DNA of 64,000 bases from Octopus vulgaris (Eukaryota), in contig OX597822.1 of the NCBI GenBank assembly GCA_951406725.2, forward strand, positions 16,616,001-16,680,000, written 5' to 3'. Positions 25,004 through 37,484 of this stretch are shown piece after piece; the stretch's first letter is position 1, and each line of letters starts with the position of its first letter. The translations under genes and the position numbers were made by a program. The notes beneath the pieces are model-generated. The model made no database searches, was not told the origin of the DNA, and saw nothing but the letters and a program-made list of their open reading frames with translations.

Positions 25004-25132
25004 CGGCGGCGGCGGCGGTGGTAGCGGCGGCGGCGGTGGTAGCGACGGCGGCGGTGGGGGCGGCGGCGGTGGCGATGGCAGCGGCGGTGGCGGTAGTGGT
25101 GGATGGTGGTGGTGGTGGTGGTTGTAGTAGTA
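24931..25132. repeat. Compound trinucleotide array (TAG)(CAG)(CGG)(TGG)(TAG)
   Basis: In-phase succession of triplets all ending in G. Confidence 0.95.
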
Positions 25133-25571
25133 GGGCAAGCTGACAGATTCGTCAGAGCGTTGGGAGAAAATGTCTTACGGCATTTGTTCCGGATGTTTCA
25201 GTAATAATTTCAAATCCTGATGAAGCAAGCTTTGCCTCTTTCAACGCTCCAGCGTCGATGAGACAAAGTGTCAGCGACGAATTTACCAATCCATAAAGAC
25301 CCTCGTTTTAAAACTGTGTCAAAATTGTAAAGAATTATTATTTAGTGAAATTGTTAGGGCGTTGGTGAAATGCTGTGCAGTATGTCTTCCGCTTCTTTTC
25401 GTTCTAAGTTCAATACCATCGATCAAACCCGGCTTGTCAAAATCGCTCGCTTTGTGCTGGAATGAAAAACCATCAAGTTGTAGTAGCAGTAATAGTCCGG
25501 AATAGATTTAGAATAGAATTTTGAATGCAATTAGTCTCAACTAATTAGTCTCAACATAAAGACAGGCGAAA

Positions 25572-26662
25572 TACTGCAGGGCACTGTTTTGGGACCACTA
25601 CTGTTCATAATGGCCCTCTCAGACATGCCCTCAGCCACGCAGAGAGCCACGATCACAAGTTATGCAGATGATACAAAAGTTTCACAGGCAATACAGAACC
25701 CTGAGGACACTAAACGCCTGCAACGTGAGCTGGACAAAATATACAAGTGGGCTGAAAAGAATAGCATGCAGTTCAATGCTGAAAAGTTTCAAGCTTTATA
25801 CTATCAGCATGCAAAACTAAATGCAATACCCAATGAATACACTGGACCCGGAGGAATTGCAATCCCAGAGGCACAATCAGTGCGTGACCTGGGTATTTAC
25901 ATGAGTGATGACGCAACCTTTCGTGTACATGTTGCTAAATTGGCAATGAAATGTAGACGACTGGCCGGGTGGATTTTCAGAACCTTTAGAACAAGAGAAC
26001 AAGAAACCATGATGGTCCTCTGGAGGACACTTGTCCTAAGCCACTTTGACTATTGCTCTCAGCTATGGTCACCATCCAGTGTCAAGCTGATCACAGAACT
26101 TGAGGCGATCCAACGTAGCTACTCGAAGAAGATAGCCTCTATGCAGAATATAAGCTACTGGGAAAGACTCAAGAGATTAAAACTCTATTCCTTGGAGCGT
26201 AGGCGAGAAAGATATGCCATAATATACATCTGGAAGATCCTGGAGGGACTTGTCCCAAACTTTGGCATCGAGAGTTACACAAATGCCAGAACTGGGCGCC
26301 ACTGCGTGGTGCCTAGGACTCCAAATTTGCCATCAAGATGTAGGACAAGATACTGTGATAGCCTGGGCTTCCGAGGCCCACAGCTCTTCAATATCCTCCC
26401 GAGGAATCTGAGAGACCTGCATGGGGTGGATGCAGATGTCTTTAAAATGAAACTGGATCTCTTCTTGTCAGGTATCCCAGATGAACCAACTTCACGGCAG
26501 GAGGTGCAGATGAGGGTAGCTGCATCGAACTCTCTCATGCACCAAATGGCAGTTGCCAAAAAGCATTCGTGAAGTAAAACCATGTAGCAACACCAAATGG
26601 CGGTGCCCCAGCATGGCCACAGCTCATGAGCTGAAACTAGAATCAATCAATCAATCAATCAA
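25572..26662 (+). mobile_element. 5'-truncated CR1/L2-group LINE with uninterrupted RT C-terminal ORF, 3' UTR and (AATC)n tail
   Basis: QGTVLGPLLF, SYADDTK, QFNAEKFQ, DLGIYM, LYSLERRRER motifs; stop at 26570-26572; hairpin 3' UTR then aatcaatcaatc. Confidence 0.93.
25589..26572 (+). CDS. Truncated LINE ORF2 (RT C-terminal half and thumb), 327 aa
   Basis: ORF track; YADD catalytic motif present; N-terminus missing, so not expected to be functional. Confidence 0.8.
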   Translation: MGPLLFIMALSDMPSATQRATITSYADDTKVSQAIQNPEDTKRLQRELDKIYKWAEKNSMQFNAEKFQALYYQHAKLNAIPNEYTGPGGIAIPEAQSVRDLGIYMSDDATFRVHVAKLAMKCRRLAGWIFRTFRTREQETMMVLWRTLVLSHFDYCSQLWSPSSVKLITELEAIQRSYSKKIASMQNISYWERLKRLKLYSLERRRERYAIIYIWKILEGLVPNFGIESYTNARTGRHCVVPRTPNLPSRCRTRYCDSLGFRGPQLFNILPRNLRDLHGVDADVFKMKLDLFLSGIPDEPTSRQEVQMRVAASNSLMHQMAVAKKHS

Positions 26663-28177
26663 CTGCCTCGATTCCGAATAAACAATTTTTTTCCCTCCGA
26701 GAATCAAGCGAAGAAAATCAGTTCTCGGTAAATCGTATCCGACACTGCACAAAATGTCTTGTTAAAAGGAATAAAATTTATTTTTAAGGAGGACTTTTTG
26801 CTGTTTATCAAAACATAATTCTTCGAGACATTACAGATTTTAATGGCGGCCGTAAAGCTGTACCGCAAAATATACACCACGCGCACACACATAAATGCGC
26901 ACACATACACACACAGACACAGACATAGACGCGCGCGCATATGCGCACGCACAATACTCAGTGTAGATTGGCTCAGAAACGCTCAGAATAATCCAAATCT
27001 ACCAATTTTCCGTTTGTCTTTCAACAAATAATTTCAAGTTGAAACGAAAAAAGGAGAAAACACAGCAAACTCCCAACAAGAAACATTCGTTGTAATCCCT
27101 TCATAAATTTTCCCCAAAACTAGTTTCCTCCTTTCGCTTTCTCTTTGTCTTCCACTGCGAGTGAACTGAGAGAAGCTGATCAGTTCGTCTAGAAAGGAGA
27201 AAAAACACTTAACTTCAGCTTTTCTTCCCTTTCATACATCATATTATTCCCTTTAGTACAGCCACTGGACAAAGAATATTTGCCTACTCTACCTAGCATT
27301 GCCAAAAGGAGAGATAAGGTAATTTTTAAGGTAAACTTCTGGCGAATGATAACAACGATTCAGGAGTTTTTTGGTGAAATTAGAAGAACATAGCATTGAA
27401 TAAACAACCATAGCAGAATGTATTTTGCTCATGATAATTGTTTTGTGTGCCGAGAGCAGCTGTAGATGCCGACACCTTTACAGCTTTCCGATCTCTTCAT
27501 CCAACAGAGCATCGAGGATATGACGGATGGAGGGAGAAATGATTGCACCAGCACTGGGTGGGCACTCATTTCCAGATGACTAGGCTAACGTAAAACGAAT
27601 CACCTTGCTCATTGGATACAGTCTGCCCGCCCCATTTCAAGAATACAACACATGACCTTATAATCTTGAGCCCAAATGGTCTTTATATATGCATATACAA
27701 ACAAATATATACTGGGAAACCTATTATACTTAGATATAAACAGTGACTTTCACCAACATCGCATACTAATCTTTGTTCCAAGTAAGAGATCGGACAAGGG
27801 AGTAGCAAGAAATAAGTTTGTTGCTTATTCTTTCTGGGGGTTTTTTGTTGTTTTTTTCATTGGTAAAAATTCATCCGGAGTCCTTGATTTCAAAAAGTAA
27901 TGAATAAGATTAGATATTGGGTATCCACCGACAGACAGTACATCCTTTGTATTATATTTTTTGGTGGCACCCATGAACCTCTAGAGCATGTGGCGAGTGA
28001 CTTTCGACTGGCTGGATTGTTCTACTGTTGTAGGATATCTGATAACGTTCTAACCATCAATCACTGGTTTCATCTTTGAACCGAAAACAGTGAGGAGCCG
28101 TCCGGTAGTGGCATTTCGGACATCATGATCTGTCCCACAATCAAGCAAAACAAATTAACAATCCTTACCTTAGTGAA

Positions 28178-28246
<69 letters not shown>

Positions 28247-28247
<1 letters not shown>

Positions 28248-28695
28248 CCTCCTCATTGATATGACTGTCCCAATCGATATAAATGTATCTGTCAAGACCT
28301 ACCAAAAACTGAGCAAATATAAAGATCTTGAAATAGAAATCAGCAAAATGTGGAAGCTGAAGACTAAAACAATACCTGTTGTCATAGGTGCTCTGGGAAT
28401 GAGAGCAAAATGGGCTGATTGCTACCTAACTCAGATACCAGGAAACCCAAAAATGGCAGAAATTCAAAAGATAGTGCTCATGGGAACTGCTCATATCCTA
28501 CGCAAAATACTTTCTATGTAATCTCAAGGTTTAAAACAAACATAATTTTGGGGTTTTTTTTTAGACATTCACTAGTACAACACCAAAAAAAAAAAACAAA
28601 TATATGGCACACTAGGCATAACAACAACATGAACTTCCAACCTGTTGTCTCTTGAGGTCTCTGGGTGAGACTTGGAGCCAACTTGTACAAACATA

Positions 28696-28697
<2 letters not shown>
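28247..28697 (+). mobile_element. R4/Dong-type LINE 3' fragment 1 (restriction-like endonuclease C-terminus and 3' UTR)
   Basis: LLIDMTVP...KLSKYKDLEIEI...PVVIGALG...QKIVLMGTAHILRKILSM*; (TAA)n on both sides. Confidence 0.9.
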
Positions 28698-28774
<77 letters not shown>

Positions 28775-28775
<1 letters not shown>

Positions 28776-28953
28776 CACCTATCATAGTAGTTGCATTAGG
28801 CATGATAAAAAAATATTCAGACAAATACATAACAACACCAGGACTTACAAACACATATAACATACAGAAAATTGCACTACTAGGCACTGCACACATCCTA
28901 CGCAGAACACTTTCCATACAATAACCATCAAGCATCACAACAAATCACAGCAC
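28775..28953 (+). mobile_element. R4/Dong-type LINE 3' fragment 2 (different subfamily)
   Basis: PIIVVALGMIKKYSDKYITTPGLTNTYNIQKIALLGTAHILRRTLSIQ* (stop 28922-28924); (TAA)n on both sides. Confidence 0.85.
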
Positions 28954-28974
28954 ATAATAATAGCTAATAATGAA

Positions 28975-29014
<40 letters not shown>

Positions 29015-29017
29015 GTA

Positions 29018-29105
<88 letters not shown>

Positions 29106-29106
<1 letters not shown>

Positions 29107-29985
29107 GCCAAAATGCTGATGTAGACCAAGCAACAACCCATCAGTGGCTGAAGAGCTCTGGATTGAAAGCAGAGACTGAAGGCTTCATAATGGCAGCACA
29201 AGATCAAAGCTTGTTTACCAGAAATTACCAGGCTAACGTTCTCCGAAACGGTACTGACCCTAAATGCAGATTCTGCGACACATTTGACGAAACGATAGAC
29301 CATCTCGTTTCGGGATGTCCTGTGCTGACACCAAACGAATACAAAAATCGCCACGATAGGGTAGGACAGTATATACATTGGAAGATATGTAAATACTACA
29401 AATTCGACACTCCTGCTAACTGGTATGAACACCATCCTCAGCCAGTTGTTGAAGGTAAGGATGTCACCATCCTCTGGGATTTTCCAGTCAACACTGACAG
29501 AACGATCAAGGCTAATCGACCAGACATAATTGTTAAAGACAGGGAAGAAAATACCTGCAGACTAATAGAGGTAAGCGTCCCCACTAATAAAAATGTATCT
29601 GTAAAGGAATTTGACAAACTTAGTAAATATAAGGACCTGGAAATCGAAATACAAAAGATGTGGAATCTTAAAACAAAAACGGTTCCTGTTATTGCAGGTG
29701 CCCTAGGTATGATAAAAAAGGGATGTCAGAAACACCTAGACAATATCCCTGGAGAACTATGTCTCAAGGAAATCCAAAAGATTGTGCTAACAAGTACTGC
29801 CCACATCCTTAGAAAAACCCTATCAATGTAAATGTTTGTGTTTGTATTACATGGAGATATTTCTCTACTTCCCCTCCCCAAGCTTTCAGCTATATTTCAA
29901 CAACTCTTAACCTTCACTTGCCCTAGGGCGCTGGGTGTGCCCCGGCAAGTGATTGCATCAAACATGCAGATTAAAAGTAAATGAC
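29106..29985 (+). mobile_element. R4/Dong-type LINE 3' fragment 3 (CCHC knuckle and PD..D/E restriction-like endonuclease)
   Basis: ORF to 29831 contains CRFC..ETIDHLVSGC, RHD, RPDIIV, IEVSVP, K..KY; 3' UTR ends in a (TAA)n-like tail at 29986-30006. Confidence 0.93.
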
Positions 29986-31147
29986 AATAATAATACTAAT
30001 AATAATGGTTAGGTTTTCTTTTCTCATACAGCATCATAATATAGTAGCTTGCTACTCCCTTGTCCGATCTCTTATTTGGAACAAATACTAGTATGCGATG
30101 CGCCAATATATATATATATTATGTGTGTTGGCGAAACTCACTGTTTATATCTACGTATAATAGGCTTTCCAGTATATATGTGTTTGTGTATGCATATATG
30201 CACACAGACAAACTCACATGTTCACACATATACACATACACACACATACAAATACACATTCACGGTTGTACGTACACATATATCTTCATAAGTGTACATC
30301 AATACCTATATCTATACACACATATATACACACACTTTCTACATACCCACACACACAAATAAACACATTTAGATGCATATATACATAACGATATAGATAT
30401 ACATATACACACGTACATACACGCATACATAGACACACTCACACACACACACACATTTATATATAAGGATTTGTATTTATGATTGAGTGTATGTAAGTGT
30501 ATTTTTCTCTCTTTGTATCTTGCGCTCTCCTTCATCCTTCGCCATTTCCATTGTTCTATTAGGTCTAGATTAAAATCAATAAATGACAATTTAATATCGA
30601 ATCGTTAATTGTAGGCCGAGTTTCAGAGTCATGTTCAAGTGTTTTACTAAGAAATGTGATGATGCCATGCAGGCGAGGAGTAAGAGGCGCTCTGAAAGGA
30701 AACCCTGGAAATTGTGAGCCACTTAAACTAACTGACAATTTCTTTTGACACTAGACACAATTATTACAAAGAGACGATTAGGAAAGCAAATGGCGGAATC
30801 GTTGAGTGGAGTGAAAGAAATTATTCTTCTTTTCAAACTTATTTCAACAAATTTTCTCCAATTATTCTTTGTTCGTCCACTTTTCAATTATAGTGCATTA
30901 TTTAGTACTCAGACAGACGAGGCCAAGAATATGCTGCCGGCTTTCGCCTCCAAGATTGACGTTAGAGATATCGCTCTATCGGCATCGTAATGTTTGTCAT
31001 TATATCTTGGAGAAAGGGAAATTAACTTTTAATTGACAATATTGTATAAACCAATCAGAAGTTGGAGTCTACGGGAAAGCAACGAGGATGACAATTATGA
31101 TGATGATGATGATGGGGCGGGGGTTCCAATTACATTCATTTAAAAAT

Positions 31148-31570
31148 TATTGTTTCTGATTTAGGCACAATTTTGAGGGGAGGGTGAGTAGTCAATACCA
31201 TCGACTTAGGTAATTGACTATTATGATATTTCCTTGACCTCTGAACGATGAAACGCAACGTGGACCTCAGCGGTATTTTAACAGAGAAAGTAAAGAAACG
31301 GAGAAAATGCGGTAAGACATTTTGTTCAATCCTGACAGAATTAAAGGCAAAGTCGAACCCATACAGAGACTCAGAACAAATGTCGCAGAGCACTTTTTCC
31401 CTCGCGCTTACAATTCTGGCAGCGCAATAATAACAATAATAATGGTTTCAAATTTTGGCAACAGACCACCAACTTCGGGGGAGGGTGTAACTCGATTACA
31501 TTGACGATAGTGTTCAACTGGTACTTATTTTATCGACCAGGAAAGGATGAAAGGTAAAGACGACACCGGT
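31148..31570 (-). mobile_element. Cluster of decayed SINE family B fragments
   Basis: ggcacaattttgagggg tail and ctggtacttattttatcgaccaggaaaggatgaaaggtaaag core in reverse orientation. Confidence 0.65.
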
Positions 31571-31759
31571 AGTATTGAGAACATCGTTGTCAATGTGAGA
31601 ACGATTACCATCCTTGTATTTGGGTTTTTCGTATAACTTCATTTCATTTTGAATATGAAAAAAGAATGATGTGTTTACTTTAATGGCTTATCAAAGAATA
31701 CAGTGAGTTTCTTCGCCCTGTGAGTTAGGAAAGCACTCGGTAAGAAACAGAAAGAAAAT

Positions 31760-31862
31760 TAGAAGAAGAAGAAGAAGAAGAAGAAGAAGAAGAAGAAGAA
31801 GAAGAAGAAGAAGAAGAAGAAGAAGAAAAAGAAGGAGGAGGAGGAGGAGGAGGAGGAGGAGG

Positions 31863-31905
<43 letters not shown>

Positions 31906-31940
31906 AAAAAGAAAGAAAGAAAGAAAGAAAAAGAAAGAAA
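31760..31940. repeat. (GAA)n(GGA)n(GAAA)n polypurine tract
   Basis: Direct reading. Confidence 0.95.
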
Positions 31941-33263
31941 GTGAGAAAGCAATGTTTGCTTTAGCTGATTTACCAGTTTCCAATGAAATCTGTAAGTATA
32001 AGAAAAGGAATATTGTAAATGAAGTTCCATAACTTTTATTTATGTCTGACGACTTCAACGCCTTTCGCCAATATAATAAACTAGATTCGATACAGAAATA
32101 TAAAATGCTGTGTGATAAACGATCAATCATGTTTTGTACATGGACGCCTTTGTGTTGTATACTGCACATGATAACCGAAAACATTGCCAGATACGATCAC
32201 AGGTAGGGAAATTGGCTTGGGGAAATGTACCAAGGTAACCTTGGAGAGAAGGAGCTTTAAAAAGAAACTATTATTGTGTAGATAAAGAAAGAGAAAGAAA
32301 AGAATAAGACTTCCAGGCAGCTTTATATATTCTAAGTAACCAATAAAGAGCACAGAGTGCAACATACACAAATGATAGAAAGGTAATGAATATGGGATGC
32401 GCTTTATAGTAATCAGAGCTAAATACAAAGAAAAAAATCATATGGATTAATACTATAGCTGTTCCAGGAATATATTAATGTTTTAATATTCTCAACCTGT
32501 TAAGCGATTTAGGTAGGCTGAAGAGGAAAACCAGGAAAATAATGATTCCTATTGAATAAAACGCGCAGGAGCAGGTACAGAAAGGTCATTAGGAGTGCAA
32601 TTATTTGTGATTTTTTGCAACTAGAAAATTATCATTGAAGTATCTAATCTTTTATCCCATTTCCAGGACGCGTTTTGATCATATCTGATAATCTGAAAAG
32701 TTTATCTCTAAGGGCAGACCTAAGTAAGATAATTTTAGTAAAATAGTTGCGGCTACTCATGTATTTAGTAGAATCAGATAAAATGTATTTCTGAATTTAG
32801 ATTTGCTTGCATCTTTTGCCCATTTGTCCGAGGTGTAAGGGCACTGCGCATGACTATTTTTACCACGGCCTTCAAGAATGGTAGGAGAAATTTAAAAATA
32901 TGATCACTAAACTGTATATCCAGATAAAAGCATGCAAGAATCATGATGTAGCACTAGATAGAAAGATGAATTATATCCACCACCCAAGAATTCAGAGCTT
33001 GAACAGATTGCTCAAGACATTGTGTCCAACGCTCTACCGATTCCTTTGTACCAACCAAGAGCTGTCGGTTGTTACATCGACCTCCGAAAGAATGGTGCTC
33101 AAAATTGATCTCAGTGTGATTTTGAACAAATATTTCAAAGTAATCCGTCCTACACGCTAACCTCTTTCAATTCACCATCCATTGTGTTCGTATGCGTATC
33201 GACTTTGTTTTTCTTTCATCACTTGGTTGATGAGGCCCTTGACTATGAAAAACATGTGACCTC

Positions 33264-33503
33264 ATTTCCTTATTTCTTTACTACCCACAAAGGACTAAAC
33301 ACAGAGGGGGACAAACAAGGACAAACAAACGGATGAAGTCGATTATATCGACCCCAGTGCGTAACTGGTACTTATTTAATCGACCCCGAAAGGATGAAAG
33401 GCAAAGTCGACCTCGGCGAAATTTGAACTCAGAACGTAGCGGCAGACGAAATACCACTAAGCATATCGCCCGGCGTGCTAACGCTTCTGCCAGCTCACCG
33501 CCT
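33264..33503 (-). mobile_element. SINE family B, full length
   Basis: Close reverse complement of 13817-14047. Confidence 0.9.
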
Positions 33504-35499
33504 ATTAAAGTCTTCTAAAGAATATTAATCTGTGACCCAGACAAATGAAGAAAGTCACCAAAGTGATAGGCATGGCACCTGAAATCAAACTCAAGATGGC
33601 TATGGATAGGGAACTTCAAGTAGAACTCTTCAGCTAGAGAACACTAATTTAGTCTTCGCTGCACCACTCATTCTAAACATCCACTCTGAGATGTTGATTA
33701 CAAGGAATGATTTCAGACATTACGATGGATTCGGATGATCTTGCAGAACTGCTGAGTAGCTCCTGCAGATTCTGCGGCAGAAAAGTATCTCCGATGATTA
33801 TTTCATCTGGAAGTCAAGAACTGTGGTCTGCCGATTCAAACCCAAAATGTCTTCTGTTTCTGTTAGAACACTATTCCAAAGACTTTACTGTTGTTAAGCA
33901 TTTCCATATTTACAAAGAAATGTATTACATCATTTACAAGTGTTTTGTTGGTGTTTTGCCCGCATGGACATCTTCTACTTTCTCTCCTATTACTAATGCT
34001 TAGTAACAACCAATCCAGACACTTCTATTTGTTATTCATTCTCAGAAGATCCACATAGGCTTTCTCCTCCTCCTATCTTCTCATCGAAATATTGAGGCAT
34101 ATCTAATCCCACAAAGATGCTACTCACTTCATTTCACACTTCTCTGAAATATCCTCTACAATCTACAAGCAACATACTTCCATAAGCTTAAAGATAAAAT
34201 ATAATAAAAAACGAACAACAAAAGAATGATACAGAATTGAATAAAGGATGACATAGACAAAGACAGAGAGAAATATTTATATTGATAAGTACAAAACGCA
34301 TAGAAACTTGAGATATCGGAAAATATCGTAATTACATAACCACAAGCCATTCCAGACTTAATGTGTTGACATGGAGAAGAACTTCGTTGCTTATCAATTT
34401 CGTCAGATCAAATTTGTTTTTTTTATTTTTATTTTTGTAGTTATTGTCTTTGTTGTTGTTTTGTTGTTTATAACAGCTGAATACTCGATCGTTCGCAGAA
34501 TCTCTGCTGCTCAAGTAAATATGTAAATATTTTGATTTTTCCATTACGTAAAAGTTAAAAACATATATTTTTGGTAATGAGTTTGTAAAAATATATTCCG
34601 CGCCATAAATATGCTTTCATTGGATGTAAACTTTTTAATCTCGCACATATGACATGTGTGTGTGTGCGTGCTTGTATGCATGCATGTATGTAATATGCAT
34701 GTATGTATATATATAATATGCATGTGTGTATGTATATGTGTATATTTATATATGTATATATGTGCATGTGCGTGTGTTTAACTGTACTATCGAGATTTAT
34801 TTAATGTATCGAATATTATATTTAATATCTTTATGGCGGAATTGATATTAAACGCCGAAGACTCCCTGCATAATTATTCTTTGATCAATATTGTATCCGT
34901 GAAACATTTACAACAACATAAATAGGAAAAAAAATTCTATTTGAAAGATGAAATTGAAGATCGAAGCGTAAAATCCTACCGGCTTCGATCGATTAAATTT
35001 TGGGAAACAAAAATGTTTATGCCAGAATAAAAGAAGCAAAACTAAGGGAACAATAGCAATGAGATGCCCCCAAACCATTATTATAACTACGTTCAGTTAT
35101 AGTAAACGAAAACATAGTAGAATAAAGTTCTGTTGAATCGATTTGGTGCTTCTAAAGCGCTCTACAAACACAACAAAAAAAGCAAATAAGAACGACAGTT
35201 TCCGGAATTTATAAACATAATCTTCAGCATTTTCTCTTGACATTCTTCCAAATAGGTAGGAAAGCCCAAGCTTTAAATGAATAATATCTGTGTTTAAAAT
35301 GAATGTTTAAGTATGTATACATGAATATACAATAGCTCACTTTCTAAGATGCCTTGTATTTTAACCGACAGGTAATTTAAAATATGGTATAGATAAAATC
35401 AACGGTGTCATAACAAATACATACATATAAATACAAATATATTATATAAGAACATAAGCATGCATATATAGACATAAAAATATAATCATATATAATCAC

Positions 35500-35708
35500 A
35501 TGTGGATTGTTGCTGACTTTTTTTCCTCCGTCTTCATTTTCTCTTGTATTTTCCTCTGTCTCCTGTTTCTGACACAGAGCTTTGCTGGAAATGTAAAACA
35601 ACCTTTCTTTCCTTCCCTGAGCGTCTTTTCATACTTTGCATGTACCACGTCCTCGCGTTGTTGTTTTTTTCTTGTTTTGTTCGTCAGTTTTTTGGATTTA
35701 TCATTATA
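35500..35708 (+). mobile_element. Probable PLE terminal fragment with decayed hammerhead motif (35565-35599)
   Basis: gttt-CTGAcacagagc-ttt-gctgGAAAtGTA-aaac retains the stem I and II layout with core substitutions; ends at a (TA)(CA) microsatellite. Confidence 0.5.
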
Positions 35709-35869
35709 TATACACACACACACACCCACAAAGCAATAATAAAACGAATTCTTCTTCTCTAAAAACCAAAAACCATTTGACCATCAATCCTTAAATACAC
35801 TCACACACTCTCTCTCTCTCACAATGATAAAAAGGAAATATAATTTATGGTCTGCCTTCACTCCCATTC

Positions 35870-36174
35870 CGTCCTTTTCTTCTTCATTTCTAACACCCCC
35901 CTCCAGATACAAAAACACATACAACACGCACACACACACATGCTCTCTCTCTCACTTTCTCTCCATTCACCACCCTCTTGTACTGTCTTATGTCCCTCCC
36001 CGCCACTACACACTCAATAACACTATAAAATGGTCAAAACTTAAACTCTTTTCCCCAAGATCTTAGACACACCCCCTGGAGTAAACATCCTGACCAGCTA
36101 ACAAGCAAAACGATTTTTTCTTCTTCTTCCCTCTCCCTTCTACTCTTTTTCTTTAACAGTCCTTCCAAATACAA

Positions 36175-36242
<68 letters not shown>

Positions 36243-36312
36243 CCCTCTTGTACTATCTTATATCCCTCCACACCACTACACACTCAATAACACTATAAAA
36301 TGGTCAAAACTT
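35870..36312. repeat. Imperfect tandem duplication, ~270-bp unit
   Basis: caccctcttgtact...ccactacacactcaataacactataaaatggtcaaaactt occurs at ~35971-36042 and ~36241-36312 with parallel CA/CT tracts. Confidence 0.85.
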
Positions 36313-36510
36313 TTTTCACAGGAACTTAGTTCGATTTGAAAACCCCACTACAATGGGAGAAAGTGTTAATATATGATATATGATCTAAGTTATATGATGT
36401 ATAAAAACATGTAATATACAAATAAATATCTGTAAATATAAAACCATCCGAATTTCTGAGTACCTCATTTCTTCTAATATAAAATACCTGTACATCATCT
36501 CCAAACCTTC

Positions 36511-36544
<34 letters not shown>

Positions 36545-36874
36545 CAATAATAAATCTCTGAACGAGATGCAGTTTAGGAAGTTACTGGAAAAACAATAAA
36601 TAAGTATTTGCAAACGGTCTACCTTCATCGAAAACCGGTGATTGCTGTACGCTGAAAACAGGTAAATGCCTAGAAACTGCAGTCTGTGCGTATCACTTAG
36701 GTTGACGAGAGAGGGATGACCTCCCTTTGCAAATGCCATATGGCACAGAAAGTGTGCCTAAAGCCGGTTGGAGACGATGATCTCCTGGGGCTAAAAGCTA
36801 CAGTAACACCCACCCTTAGTGGTTAGCCATATTGAGATGGCTAGTATACTTTACGTTATATATATATATATATA

Positions 36875-37484
36875 TGAATATTTCGATGGGTGAATGAATT
36901 ATCCTATGTTTACCGTTAACATACCGTTAAATAAATGGAGTTGAACGAAAATGTTAATAAAATTCCTTTACTTTCGACATATTTTTCGAAGACAGCATGG
37001 TTTTATTCCAAAGGAATAAACGGTGTAAGATGCAATCTTCTCATCAGGAAAGAAAGAGAGCCTCTCTCAACAACAAGACATTATAACATTTACGATGGCT
37101 GCCTACATGATAAACAGCACGTTATTAAATATTTTAAAAAACCGTTAGTAGATTTGACGTCAAAGGCAGATAGAAGGGGGAGAAGGATTAAAAGGATAGT
37201 AATTAGGGAACAAATAGAGAGGGGGGGTATACGTTGATTAAAAGAAAGCTCAAAGCTTAGGAAAAATATTCCTCTATTGAAGTAAAGTGCAAGTTAAACT
37301 AATTGTTCAAACTATAATGACTGGCGAAATCACTTATATGAGTAAAATGTATGTTTCTGCCAGAGTTTACATTTGTACGATCGCTCTATAAGTGTGTTTA
37401 CAAGGGGATTCTTAGAGAAGAGAATATGGAAGAGTTCAGAGTTGCAAATGTTACAAAATCTCTTGCTCTTATCGAAAGGAAGGG

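Noticed and set aside
24911-25143. Poly-Pro/His/Leu and poly-Ala/Val ORFs resembling formin or extensin
   Set aside because: Fully explained by the trinucleotide array; no splice or domain context
25529-25556. Tandem aattagtctcaac near the LINE 5' junction as a TSD
   Set aside because: Both copies lie on the same side of the element; no matching copy after the 3' tail
28178-29105. Repeat-spacer pattern reminiscent of CRISPR
   Set aside because: Repeats are variable-length (TAA)n and the spacers are retrotransposon 3' ends; eukaryotic context, no cas genes
32514-32552. ctgaaga-gg-aaaa-cc-ag-gaaa hammerhead-like string
   Set aside because: Two-bp stem II with extra bases and poor stem I; compatible with chance
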